NCBI GenBank assembly: GCA_963739025.1
Contig: CAVTYS010000007.1
Coordinates: forward strand, 92,467-156,466
Length of the DNA: 64,000 nucleotides
Direction: 5' to 3'
Source: an uncultured Actinomycetota bacterium
GTDB taxonomy: Bacteria; Actinomycetota; Actinomycetes; Streptosporangiales; Streptosporangiaceae
This document shows positions 41,372 to 51,791 of this stretch, piece by piece (the stretch's first letter is position 1; each line of letters begins with the position of its first letter). Position numbers and translations under genes: made by a program. The notes under the pieces were generated by a model, which saw only the letters and a list, made by a program, of their open reading frames with translations, was not told the DNA's origin and searched no databases.

Positions 41372-44300
41372 TACGGACCTGACGGTGGCGATGCGCCTGA
41401 GCAGGATCTTCGTTGTGTCCGCTGGGGCGGCGCCGACCTCGGACAATGCCTGCATCATCCGCCGTGCAGCCGCGCTGGCCGCGACGTGGTCCCCGAGATG
41501 AATCTGGGTGGCGATGGCCAGGCGGTGGGCGCGCTCGTTGTAGCAGTTAGCGGCCAGCACGGCCTGGGCGCTCCTGACGGAGTCCGCCGCCCTGCCTTCG
41601 CTGAGCCGCACCTCGCCGAGCTTGAGGGTCGCGTCGACCAGGGCCGTGCGGACCCTGGTCACCTCGCCGCCGAGCTCATCGAGATCCTGGAGATCGGCAA
41701 GCGGCTCGCCCCGCCACAGGCCGGCGGCCGCTTTCAGCGCCGCCGCGTGCGCGCGCTGGTCACCCACCGCCCAGGCCTGAGCGGCCGCGGTCAGATGGGC
41801 GTCAAGCCGCCAGAGGTCGACGTCGAGGCCAGGATGGGGGATCAGGCGGATCGATGACGAGTCGACGACGAGGAATCTCTCGTCGAGCGAGAAACCGGCG
41901 GTCGGCTCGCCATTCGCCGAACCGCGCAGGACCTGCCGCAGATAGGTCAATGTGACCCGCAGGTTGCGCGAGGCCGCGGTCTGGTCGAGGTCGGGCCAGA
42001 GCAGCGTCATCGCACGGTCGCGGCGGATGGTCGGCTCGATCGCCAGCAGGGACAGCAACTGGCGGACCCTGATCCGCCGGCTCGCCGGGCTGACCACCAC
42101 CGTGTCGTCGATGCAGACCTGCGCAGGGCCGAGTACCTCGATGCGGACCTGGTGGGCGGGCGGAGTGTTCGCCGCCCCGAGCAGGTCGGCAGCGGCTTGC
42201 CGCACGACGTCATCGCCGTGCTCGCGCTGCCACGCCAGTTCCGACCGGGCGTTCTGGCCGATCCGGCGGCTGAGCAATTCCATCGCGCGAACGCCCGCGG
42301 TCAGCCTGAAGCTGTGTGCGCGAACGGCGAGCTCGACCGACAGCGGCAGCGGAAGCATCGTGAGGAGCGCGTCGGTGTCCTCCAGCGCGGCCGCGATCGC
42401 GGCCGCGTCCTGCTCACGTGGCGGCCTGGCGCCCGCCTGCCGCGCCGTGAGGATCGCCTTGGCGACCGCGTGGCTGCGCTGATGGCAGCGGCCAAGCCGG
42501 GCGTCGTCCCAGGCCGGCCGGATGCCGGGGACGCATACGTAGACCGTCGCGAAAGCCCTGCGCAGCTGGATATCGCAGCGTGGGTCGTCGACCGGGAACC
42601 GGCGAAGATGCTCCTCCAGCGCGCGGCTGGCATCATCCTCGTCGTGCTCGGCGACCAGACGGATCGCCATGGCCGCGGCGAGCATGGACGCGTCGCGGGC
42701 GTCAGCCTCGTTCACCGGCAACGTCGCGAGCAGGTCGGCGAGCTCGCGGAGCCTGCCGTGATCGCCCGATGACGCCGGCACGTATATGGAGAGGTTCGCG
42801 TAGAAGAACCGGTCGCGGGCGTTCGTGTCGGGCGCGGGACCGTGGTCGGCGCGCAGCTCAGCGATATCTGACACATCGCCAGCCAGCCAGCGCACGAACG
42901 GCGGAGTCTTCCTGACATGCGCGTTGCCCGACGCGCGGAGCACCCGGTCGGCGATGGCGACGGCCTCGTCTGCGCGGCCGGCCAGCACGAGCATGTAGAC
43001 GTGCAGCCTGGCCGCTGGCTCGCGCATCGGATGGCTGTTGTCCGGGCCCGGCAGCCTGCCCAGCGCATCGAGCGCGGTGTCGATGTCGCCGTTGAGCTCG
43101 GCCAGCGTGGCGGTCACCATCTCCGTCACAACCCGCAGGACGAGATCCTCGCGTGCTGATGGCAGCTCGGCCACCCGCAGGGCGATCCGCAGGAAGTCGC
43201 CGTACGCGCCGCGCGCGTTCGCGATCAGCCCGGCAAGCGTGAGCGCCGCGCTCTCGCCTAGTTCGTCGCCCGCAGCCGCGAAAGCCCCTGTTGCCTTGGC
43301 GATGAGCGGTTCGGTGGCTGGGTCGTCGATCGCCACGGCGTGCGCGATGGCGGCCCTCAGCAGCAACAGCTCGGGAGCGTCGCGGTCCTCCGAGGGCATC
43401 GCTGCCAGCAGCCTGCGGGCTCGCTGCACGGGTAGCTGCGCCATCGTCTGCCTGACCAGTTCTCGTGCCGCGACCCTGATCGTGTCCGGGTTCCTGAGCA
43501 GCTCGGCGATCATCACCAGGCGGAGCGCGTCGTGCCTGGCCCGCAGGCCTTCACGCACCGCAGGCAGCAGCTCGGCGATCTGCTCGGGGGTGAAGAGCCG
43601 CTCGATCGAGTCGGTCCACAGATCGTGGGCACGAACGATGTCCTGATCGGCGATCGTGAGGAGCGGGATCTTCGCCGCTAGCCTGCCGACGTCGACCTGC
43701 TCGCCGCAGATCGACGCGATCGTCCCGGCGTCGGCCCAGCCAGTCAGGGCGAGAACGAGAAGGGCCTTCGCCTCGACGGGGCGCAGCCCCGCGATGATCT
43801 CCTCCCAGAGGAACTGCTGCGCTAAAGTCCGCTGCGAGGTGAGGGCCAGCCGCACGAGGGCCGGCCAGCCGGCGAGTTCGCGGCGCGGTGGCGGGACGTC
43901 GAGGAGCCTGGCGAGGTTGCGCTCCTCGGCCGGGGTGAACGCGAGTTCTTGCTCACTGATGTCGACGCAGCCGCCGGTCACCCTCAGCCTGGCCAGCGGC
44001 ACGTCGACCTGAATCCGGCCGCTTAGCACGAGGTGGCCGTTGCTGGGCAAGTGCCTGATGATTCCGGCGAGCACGGCGTGTGAGCCAGGTCCGGCGAGCT
44101 GGTGGACGTCGTCGATCACCAGGCACACGTCGATCGGCGAGATCTGCCGCATCGCCGCGATCACCTCGCTGCCGCGGCCCGTGGTCGTGGTCCTGTCGGC
44201 GCCGATGGCGCGGCAGCATGCCGCGGCGAACTGCAGCGGGTCCTCGTCATCCGGCCGGCAGGACACCCACGCATCGATGCCGACCGGCGCAGCGAGGTTC

Positions 44301-44503
44301 TGCCGCATCGCCTGAGCCAGCAGCGTCGTCTTCCCGAAGCCCGCACCGGCGACGAGGGTGGTCACGGGCCGCTCGAAACGCTCTGCCAGGACCGAGAGCA
44401 GCCGTCCCCTGGTGACCTCGCCTGCCACGGCAGCTGGCGGTCCGGGGGACTGACGCGCGGTGACCGACCGCACCATCGCCTCCACGGCTGTATCGCGGGA
44501 CAC
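41366..44503 (-). CDS. BTAD-domain regulator with inverted order: N-terminal P-loop NTPase and helical repeats, C-terminal wHTH-BTAD (SARP module)
   Basis: P-loop GAGFGKTTLL near the N-terminus. C-terminal VRIEVLGP...LLWPDLDQTAASRNLRVTLTYLR plus BTAD (LWRGEPLADL...). Confidence 0.8.
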   Translation of the reverse strand: MSRDTAVEAMVRSVTARQSPGPPAAVAGEVTRGRLLSVLAERFERPVTTLVAGAGFGKTTLLAQAMRQNLAAPVGIDAWVSCRPDDEDPLQFAAACCRAIGADRTTTTGRGSEVIAAMRQISPIDVCLVIDDVHQLAGPGSHAVLAGIIRHLPSNGHLVLSGRIQVDVPLARLRVTGGCVDISEQELAFTPAEERNLARLLDVPPPRRELAGWPALVRLALTSQRTLAQQFLWEEIIAGLRPVEAKALLVLALTGWADAGTIASICGEQVDVGRLAAKIPLLTIADQDIVRAHDLWTDSIERLFTPEQIAELLPAVREGLRARHDALRLVMIAELLRNPDTIRVAARELVRQTMAQLPVQRARRLLAAMPSEDRDAPELLLLRAAIAHAVAIDDPATEPLIAKATGAFAAAGDELGESAALTLAGLIANARGAYGDFLRIALRVAELPSAREDLVLRVVTEMVTATLAELNGDIDTALDALGRLPGPDNSHPMREPAARLHVYMLVLAGRADEAVAIADRVLRASGNAHVRKTPPFVRWLAGDVSDIAELRADHGPAPDTNARDRFFYANLSIYVPASSGDHGRLRELADLLATLPVNEADARDASMLAAAMAIRLVAEHDEDDASRALEEHLRRFPVDDPRCDIQLRRAFATVYVCVPGIRPAWDDARLGRCHQRSHAVAKAILTARQAGARPPREQDAAAIAAALEDTDALLTMLPLPLSVELAVRAHSFRLTAGVRAMELLSRRIGQNARSELAWQREHGDDVVRQAAADLLGAANTPPAHQVRIEVLGPAQVCIDDTVVVSPASRRIRVRQLLSLLAIEPTIRRDRAMTLLWPDLDQTAASRNLRVTLTYLRQVLRGSANGEPTAGFSLDERFLVVDSSSIRLIPHPGLDVDLWRLDAHLTAAAQAWAVGDQRAHAAALKAAAGLWRGEPLADLQDLDELGGEVTRVRTALVDATLKLGEVRLSEGRAADSVRSAQAVLAANCYNERAHRLAIATQIHLGDHVAASAAARRMMQALSEVGAAPADTTKILLRRIATVRSVR

Positions 44504-44694
44504 GTCGGTGATTCCGGCCGCTCACCTGAATGCCCGCGCCCCTGCCCGGCCATGACGCCGGGTCCCGCGACCACCGTCATGAGGGCAGCCGGCAGCCACG
44601 TTCGTGGCCAACCAGACCAGCCAGGCGTGCACGCGAGTTGCGGAACGTATGAAGGCGGCATGGAGGCGGCATGGAGGCCGCGGCTCAGGTCGCC

Positions 44695-46371
44695 TTACTG
44701 GCCTGCGCGCTCGTGCACGATCTGGCCGGCCGCGATCGTCAGGTCCACGTTCGCGAGCGCGATCTCCTCGACCGGGCGCGCGAACAGGTTCCTGTCCAGC
44801 ACCACCAGGTCCGCTGCCTTGCCGGCCTCGATCGAGCCGCTCACGTCGTCGGCGTGGTTCACGTACGCCGACCCGATCGTCGCGGCGGTGATGGCGTCGT
44901 GCAGGCCGATCCTGTCGCTGGGCAGGAAGATGCTCCCGGCTCCTTGAACCGCGTACGGGTACCCGGGTGGCACCGTCCTGTTCACCGCGACGTGCATCTC
45001 CCAGAGCGGATCCGGGCTCGATACCGGCCAGTCGCTGCCGAAGCACAGCTGAGCGCCGGATCGCAGCAGGCGGCCGAACGGGTACTGCCAGGCCGAGCGT
45101 TCCGGCCCGAGGAACGGCAGCGTCAGCTCCGTCATCTGCGGTTCCTCGCATGCCCACAGCGGCTGGCAGTTGGCCAGCACGCCGAGGGCACGGAACCTCG
45201 GCAGGTCGTCGGGGTGCACGACCTGGATGTGCGAGATGTGGTGCCGGTGATCGGCGGGGCCGTTGGCGGTCCGCGCCGCCGCGACGGCGTCGAGCACCTC
45301 GCGGATGGCGCGGTCGCCGATGGCGTGGAAGTGAATCTGGAAGCCTCGTGCGTCGATCGCCACGACGGCCTCTTGCAGCTCACCGGGGCTGAAGAAGCTC
45401 GCTCCGCTGTCGGCGGTCTCGTGCCCGTGCCCGTCCAGGTACGGCCGCAGCATCGAGGCGGTGAAGTTCTCGCACACCCCGTCCTGCATGATCTTGACGC
45501 TGGTCGCGCGGAACCGCCCGCCGGGGCCCGCCCGCTCACGCCGGCTGGCCAGGCCGTCGAGCTGAGCCGTGCCCGCGCCGCGCTGCCACCAGAGCGCGCC
45601 GACCACTCGGGCGGTGAGCAGCCCGCGCCGGTCGGCCTCCAGGTAGGCGTCGAAGCAATCAGGTACGACCGCGTAGTCGCCGACGATGGCTTCCTGCCAG
45701 CCGGTGATGCCCAGTGCGTGCAGGTACCGCTGGCCTTCGAGGATGCCGTCCACCTGCTCCCGTACCTCAGGCCTGGGCACGACGCGCTCGACCAGGCCCA
45801 TCGCTCCTTCCTGCAAGGTGCCCGCGGGCCCGCCGCACGGCTCGCGCTCGATCCGCCCGTCAGCCGGGTCTTGGGTGCTCGCTGTCACCCCGGCCAGTTC
45901 CAGGGCCTTGCTGTTCACCCACGCTGCGTGGTGATCACGGTTCGACAGGAAAACCGGCCGGTCGGGTGCGACCTGATCGAGGTCATGCCTGGACGCGACG
46001 CCGCCAGGGAACACGTCTATGGACCAGCCGCCGCCTGTGATCCAGCCGGTGCCGGGGTTCGCCTGCGCGTACGCGCGGACAGCAGCGAGGTAGTCGGCCA
46101 GCCCGTGGGCGTCCGACAGGTCGCAGCGCAGCCGCTCGAGTCCCGCGGCCGACGCGTGCACGTGCGCGTCGATGAACCCGGGCAGCAGCATGCGGCCCGC
46201 CAGGTCGACCTCGCCGGTGCGAGGGCCGGTGAGCCCGGCCACCTGCTCGTCGGTACCCACAGCAACGATCACGGCGTCCCTGACCGCGACCGCCTCTGCC
46301 CACGACCTGGCAGCGTCGACCGTGTACACCGCGCCGCCGCGCAGCACCAGGTCCGCATCCTGCTGGCTCAT
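44695..46371 (-). CDS. Amidohydrolase (Amidohydro_3 / YtcJ-like)
   Basis: LLPGFIDAHVHA and a length of ~558 aa, typical of the family. Confidence 0.85.
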   Translation of the reverse strand: MSQQDADLVLRGGAVYTVDAARSWAEAVAVRDAVIVAVGTDEQVAGLTGPRTGEVDLAGRMLLPGFIDAHVHASAAGLERLRCDLSDAHGLADYLAAVRAYAQANPGTGWITGGGWSIDVFPGGVASRHDLDQVAPDRPVFLSNRDHHAAWVNSKALELAGVTASTQDPADGRIEREPCGGPAGTLQEGAMGLVERVVPRPEVREQVDGILEGQRYLHALGITGWQEAIVGDYAVVPDCFDAYLEADRRGLLTARVVGALWWQRGAGTAQLDGLASRRERAGPGGRFRATSVKIMQDGVCENFTASMLRPYLDGHGHETADSGASFFSPGELQEAVVAIDARGFQIHFHAIGDRAIREVLDAVAAARTANGPADHRHHISHIQVVHPDDLPRFRALGVLANCQPLWACEEPQMTELTLPFLGPERSAWQYPFGRLLRSGAQLCFGSDWPVSSPDPLWEMHVAVNRTVPPGYPYAVQGAGSIFLPSDRIGLHDAITAATIGSAYVNHADDVSGSIEAGKAADLVVLDRNLFARPVEEIALANVDLTIAAGQIVHERAGQ

Positions 46372-46570
46372 CCGCGCCCGTCCTGTCCATCGGCTGCGCG
46401 CAAGGCCGGATCCTGGCGCGCTGGGTCACCGTCACCATAGATTCCTGGCCGAGCACCTGATAGCCCCTGGGACGTACGACGACCCCATCGGCCAGCGCCG
46501 TATCGCGGCGTGAACGGTTCCTAACGAATGGTAGTTTGATGCCCGAATCAATATCTTTGGTCATTACTGA

Positions 46571-46834
46571 GTGCCGCGCGAATTACTTTCAATACATACA
46601 GCAGTGACCGCCGTCGCCGCGCCGATCGCCGGCGCGGCAGCAGACGCCACGTCGTCCCTCAAGCCCATCAGCCACTTCGACCCTGACCTGCGGGCCGTGC
46701 CGCGTCAGATCGACCAGAAGCGGATTCAGGCCACGATCCAGCGCCTGGTTGACTTCGGCACCAGGCACACAGCGTCCAGCCAGACCGACCCCGTGCGCGG
46801 CATCGGGGCGGCCACGGCCTGGGTGACCCAGCAG
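46571..46834 (+). pseudogene. N-terminal fragment (~88 aa) of an M28-family peptidase
   Basis: Signal-like N-terminus followed by [30 protein letters not shown]. The frame then loses similarity. Confidence 0.5.
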
Positions 46835-47587
46835 ACCTCGCGCACGCGGGCCGGCTGTCGCTGGACGACGCAGTGGCCGCGCACGTGCCTGAGCTGCGCG
46901 GGCGCGCCTGGGCAGCGACTGCGACGATATGCGACCTGCTCGCGAACCGATCAGGGATTCCGTTGCGAGCCGCGTGGGAGTTTGGTTTCGCCGAATGGGC
47001 GGCCGATGCCGACGACGGCGCGCTGGCGCGGCTAGTCGTCGATGTCGCGGCGTGGCGCGGTCCCAGTCAAGCCGCTGGTCGCACGCGCGTACGGGCCGGC
47101 CGGAACCAGTGTCGTCGCGACGGTCACCGACATGCTCAGGTTCGCCGCCCGGCACCTCGACGATTCCTCGCTGGCTGACTTGCGTGGCGTCCATGCGGAT
47201 GTCCCGATCGATGGCTGGCTCGACGCGTGGTGCCTGGGGTGGGGTTCAACTCGGACGGCGGCCCGGTCTGGGGCCGGGACGGTCTTGTCGACGCGGAACG
47301 GTCGGTGCTGCGGATCATGCCCGCGCAGCCTGCGGCGCTGGTGTTGCTGACGAACTGCGACCTATGCCTGGCCTGACCGCCATGTCGACGTCGCAGCCGC
47401 CGCGGACGGACTCATGATCACCAGCGGTGACGGGCAGACCGCCGCGCTGCCGCTGAACGACCGGACGTTTGTCGTCGACGCCGCCGACCCCGATACCCCG
47501 ACCGTGACATTCGGGGACTTCGACGCGGCGGGCAGCCCCCAGGTGCTCTACGAGATGCTCTGGGGACTGCCTCGTGTCTCGCACTGA
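46835..47587 (+). pseudogene. Serine hydrolase (beta-lactamase family) lacking its N-terminus, with several frame changes
   Basis: [18 protein letters not shown]...[10 protein letters not shown], then ...VTDMLRFAARHLDD...GWLDAWCLGWG, then ...GGPVWGRDGLVDAERSVLRIMP, then ...VTFGDFDAAGSPQVLYEMLWGL* in three different frames. No SxxK segment. Confidence 0.65.
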
Positions 47588-47686
47588 CGTGGCCAGCGGG
47601 TTCATCCACAGTCGCCACGGCGGGCCGTTCGCGATGGCTCCGTTGCGAACGGCCCGCCGGCGCATCATGCTGGCCGGTCTGCCGCG

Positions 47687-48588
47687 TCAGCCTCTGCTGA
47701 ATTCGGGAACCGCGTGCCCCGGCACCGTGATGATCTGTCGCTTGCCGAAATCGCTGAAAGTAACCGACGACGACGTGACATTGAAGTAGTGACGGACCTT
47801 GCTGGCCCGGCTCGGATCGACGCGGACGGTCACGTGCTGGTGCTTCCGTATCTTCCTCGCCATGGCCCTTGCTTCCTTGAGGTAGGCCTTGCTCGGCACC
47901 TCGACTACCAGCGAGCCGTTTGCCTTTTTCGCCAGGTAAATGGGGTCCGACGTGTGGTGCTCGGTGGTCCGCATAGACATGTGGTGCACCACGTCGTGCC
48001 GGTCGACCCAGACGGTCAGGAACGCGACATGCACTCCTCGCTCCGCGCCGGGCAGCCAGCCAAGCGCCGGAAGCTGAGGGGCCCTGGTTGCGCGCAGTTC
48101 GGTCAGCCGCTGGGCGCCGGATCCACGGTGGCCGACGACCTTGAACTTCGCGGACGGATTGAGCACGCCGAACAGCATCCTGGGATCAGGGATGGTGATG
48201 CTGGGATGCCCATGCGGGTTGGTTTCGTGTAGCCATTCCAGCCGGTCGTCTTGCCCCTCGGTGTGCAGGTAGAACTGCCCGTTGACGATGCGATTGATCG
48301 CGGTCTGGGTCCTGGCCGGCAGGCCGTTCCGCGCCGGGAAGGCCTGCGAGGCTATGTCGTTCCAGTTCTTCCCGGCGAACGTGATGAGGAGCGGCCGGTG
48401 ACCTGCAAGACGCCGTTCGTTCGCTCGCGGTAGGTGATCACCGCCCGGCCAGAGTGCGCGAGCGCCAGCCGCGATGCGTTCGCCATCCGGTGCACCATCG
48501 CGGCGGTGAGGACGGCGGACTTCGCAGTCGGCACCGGGCCGCTGCCCCCCGTGGCCACGAGCACCGCTGCCGCGACCGCTGCGGCCAT
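47687..48588 (-). pseudogene. Hypothetical secreted protein, single 1-nt frameshift near 48392
   Basis: The frame from the ATG at 48588 (MAAAVAAAVLVATGG...VLQVTG) stops at 48352. The frame continuing PLLITFAGKNW... runs to the stop at 47687. The junction reads CAGGTCACCGG|CCGCTCCTC. Confidence 0.55.
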
Positions 48589-48614
48589 CGCTCGGTCTGC
48601 AGCACATCCTCGGC

Positions 48615-48935
48615 ATGGCCGATTCAGGACCAGCGCCCGCGGCCATGGCCAGGGACTTCCTCGAGGGCTTCGAGATCGCCTTCCCTGGAGCGAAGGCGGC
48701 CTACACCGGACGGGCCCACTACACCTGGTCATCCGGCGACCCGTACGTCGGCGGCGCCTATTCCTACTTGAAGGTCGGCCAGTACACCGCCTTCAACGGC
48801 ATCCAGGGCCGCCGCCACGGCAATCTGCACTTCGCCGGCGAGCAGACCTCCGTCAACTTCCAGGGATTCATGGAAGGCGCGCTGCGCAGCGGCTACCGGT
48901 GCGCCCGCGAGATAGCTGACGCTCGGCGCACCTGA
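48615..48935 (+). pseudogene. C-terminal fragment of a flavin-containing amine oxidase
   Basis: FLEGFEIAFPG...WSSGDPYVGGAYSY...NLHFAGEQTSVNFQGFMEGALRSG is only the last ~100 residues. There is no FAD-binding N-terminus. Confidence 0.65.
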
Positions 48936-48977
48936 CCGCCTCCCGCGATGGCTGAGGCGGGGCGCTGGCCTGACCCT

Positions 48978-50148
48978 TTACGGCGGGTAGAACGTCAGAA
49001 GGTCGGCGCGCACGGGCGGGAACAGGATCCGCATCAGTGCCTCATTCGGCCCGCAGTACACATCCGGGTGGCGTTCGGCCAGGCCAGCGATGCCGTCCGG
49101 GCCGAATAGCAGCGAGGCTGCCTGATCGGGCGCGACGCCAGCGCCGCCGGCGGACGCGGGCGCCTGCATCGGTCCGCCAGACTGCGCCGTGCCGACAACG
49201 CCGTTTGCATACGGCATCCGTACGTGGTGGCGGAAGAAGGAGATGAGGATTTCGCCGGTGTCCTGCGCCAACGGCGAGGCGGCAAGCCGGGCCGACAGAA
49301 CCGGGCGCAGGCGGTCCAGCAGCGCGGCGACGTCCGGGACGCGGGCGTAGTAGCTGGCGGCTTGCCGCGGCGCCGGCACCAGGCAGGCCTCAAGCGCGCC
49401 GCCGCCCGGAGAGCCGCCCGTAGAGCCGCCGCCCGGAGGGCCGCCGCGCTCCATGACGCGGCGGCGATCTCGCCCAGCACCACCTCGTCGTCATCGGGGG
49501 AGGTGATCCGCGCCGTCGCGACCGGCACGCCGGCCCGTTCAACGAGCAGCTGAGTACTGCCGTCCCGTGGGACCAGCCAGCGCCAGCACGGCGGCGAATG
49601 TGGCATCCGCAGGTCGTACGCCCGCTGGGCGGCATCGTGGAGCTCGGCCATCGCCGGGATGTCCGCGGCGCCCGCCGTACGCACGAGGTGCTCACGATCA
49701 GGCGACGGCGCCGCGCGCACCGCGCGGGACTGGGGGAGCACGATCGCGTACTGGTAGCCGAACTGCCGGTAGAAGTACGGGATGCCGATCATGACCTGGG
49801 CGAGATGACCCAGGCTCGCCGAACGTTCGTGCGCCCAGCCCGTCAGCGCCCTGACCAGTCCGCGTCCTTCGTACGCGCGGTCGGTGGCGACCAGCTCCAC
49901 CTGGCCAGCCGGGATCGTGACGTGGTCCAGGACCAGCGTCTCGTCCAGCAGAGTCGCGGTCGACACGACCCGGTCTCCGTCGGCGACGACCGCGCACGAC
50001 TCCCATCCCGCCTGTGCGTCCTCGACGACTAGCTGGTGGTCGACCGCTCAGCGGGCTCGCCCCGGTCGGCGAGCAAGGCAGCGATCTGGTCGAGATCGGA
50101 TGGCCGGGCGGTACGCAGCACCAGCCCCCCGGGCAGCGACTGGCTCAT
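48978..50148 (-). pseudogene. Eis-like GNAT acetyltransferase (GNAT + SCP2-like tail) broken by at least two frameshifts
   Basis: The ATG at 50148 (MSQSLPGGLVLRTARPSDLDQIAALL) hits TGA at 50048-50050. The next frame runs AVDHQLVVEDAQAGW...ATDRAYEGRGLVRAL. The third frame, from about 49454, carries the tail ending at 48978. Confidence 0.65.
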
Positions 50149-50286
50149 GGAAGCAGCGTCCCAGCGCTCTAGCCTGCGGTCGACCGAATTATCCGCGAGT
50201 CACGGCGCGAGCTGCCGCTTAGCCTCGGACGGGCTCCATCGCCATAGTCCGGCCGGGTTGTCGTCACCTGACGTTAGGGTCGTCGC

Positions 50287-51069
50287 ATGCATGACTTTGT
50301 TGGTACTGATCTGCGCGGTTCGCGGTTCGAGCGCGCCGACCTCAGCGGCGCGCAACTGCATGCTGTCGATCTGTCTGGCGCCAGGTTCCGCGACGCCGAC
50401 CTGAGCGGCGTGGTGATGCGCGGCGTCGAGCTGGTCAACGTCGACATCTACGGCGAGATCATGAACGTGACGATCAATGGCGTCGACATCGGGCCGATCG
50501 TCGAGGCCGAACTGGACCGGCGATCGCCGGACCGGCCCAAGATGCGTCCGGACGACCAGGCCGGGTTCGCTGCGGCGTGGGACATCCTCGAGCGGCTGTG
50601 GGACCAGACCGTCGAACGGGCCCGCCAGCTGCCGCCAGAATTGCTGCACGAGTCGGTCGGCGGAGAGTGGTCGTTTATTGAGACGCTGCGCCATCTGGTG
50701 TTCGCCACCGATTGCTGGATCAGGCGCGCGATACTCGGGGACCCGTCGCCGTGGGATCCCCTGGACTTGCCGTGGGACGGGATGCCTGACACCCCGGGCG
50801 TGCCCCGCGACCGCGCCGCGCGGCCCTCGCTCGACACCGTGCTGGAACTGCGCCGCGACCGGATGGCCAGCGTGCGCCAGGTCATCGAGAGCCAGACGGA
50901 CGCATCGCTGGACGACCAGACCGAACCTGTCGAGGGACCCGGCTGGCCGCCGCCCCGCAGCTTCCCGGTGCGGGAGTGCCTGCGGGTGATCCTCAACGAG
51001 GAATGGGAGCACCGGCTCTACGCTGAACGCGACCTGGACGCCATCGAGAAGGGCATGGGCCGCTCGTAG
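50287..51069 (+). CDS. Pentapeptide-repeat + DinB-family protein
   Basis: ADLSGAQLHAVDLSGARFRDADLSG repeats, then a DinB-like four-helix segment (FIETLRHLV...EEWEHRLY). Confidence 0.8.
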   Translation: MHDFVGTDLRGSRFERADLSGAQLHAVDLSGARFRDADLSGVVMRGVELVNVDIYGEIMNVTINGVDIGPIVEAELDRRSPDRPKMRPDDQAGFAAAWDILERLWDQTVERARQLPPELLHESVGGEWSFIETLRHLVFATDCWIRRAILGDPSPWDPLDLPWDGMPDTPGVPRDRAARPSLDTVLELRRDRMASVRQVIESQTDASLDDQTEPVEGPGWPPPRSFPVRECLRVILNEEWEHRLYAERDLDAIEKGMGRS

Positions 51070-51160
51070 ACGGGCATGCAGGCTGATCGGTCTAAGACTT
51101 GTGTTTGCGGCGAGGTCACCGGGTAGATCCGCCACGTCCGCTCGGATCGAGGTGATCCAC

Positions 51161-51391
51161 ATGACGTGGTGGGGATACGTATTGTTCCTCCTGGCCGTAG
51201 CCGTTGCGATCTGGGGGTTTCTCTCGCTGGTCGGGTTCCGGACGCGATGGCTTACCCGCAGGACTGACCGCACTGCCCAGGATCTGTACCCGAGCTACGC
51301 CGATTCCCCCCGCAAGCAGCGCCGCTATGCACGAGAACACGGCGGCCAATGGCGCGACTCCCAGCACATCGGCGATCGAACGGGCAATTGA
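51161..51391 (+). CDS. Small membrane protein (hypothetical)
   Basis: MTWWGYVLFLLAVAVAIWGFLSLV TM segment followed by a basic tail. Confidence 0.45.
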   Translation: MTWWGYVLFLLAVAVAIWGFLSLVGFRTRWLTRRTDRTAQDLYPSYADSPRKQRRYAREHGGQWRDSQHIGDRTGN

Positions 51392-51453
51392 CCGCGGCGC
51401 TGAGTCGGCCTCGGCAACCTCTCGTTGGGCGATCCAGGTGAGGCCGGCGAACT

Positions 51454-51791
51454 GTGAAGGAACTGATCAAGGGCTTCCAGGTCGCTCGCGCCGAGCTGGA
51501 AGCGATGAGGCGGAACCATCCCGCCGTCAAAGATGCTGCCGTCCTTCCGATACCGGACGCACGCGCTGGCGAGCTGCCCAAGGCCTACGCCGTGCCCGCG
51601 CAGGATATTCCGGCGCAGGACCTGATCGACTACGTAGCCGCGCGGGTCGCGCCATACAAGCAGATCCGCGACGTCGCCTTCGTCGACGCCATCCCGACCT
51701 CGCCGTCCGGCAAGCGCTGCGCCGCCTTCTCGCCGCCGGCCATACCCAGCACCGCTACATCAGCCGGGAGCGATCGGCCAGTAGCCACTAG
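51454..51791 (+). pseudogene. C-terminal fragment of an AMP-binding (acyl-CoA synthetase/ligase) enzyme, also frameshifted
   Basis: KELIKGFQVARAELEA...AGELPKAY...VAPYKQIRDVAFVDAIPTSPSGK is only the C-terminal subdomain. After SGK the expected ...LRRLL continues in another frame to the TAG at 51789-51791. Confidence 0.65.

Noticed and set aside
44671-46440. 589-aa plus-strand ORF
   Set aside because: It is antisense to the amidohydrolase (FIDAHVHA motif on the minus strand).
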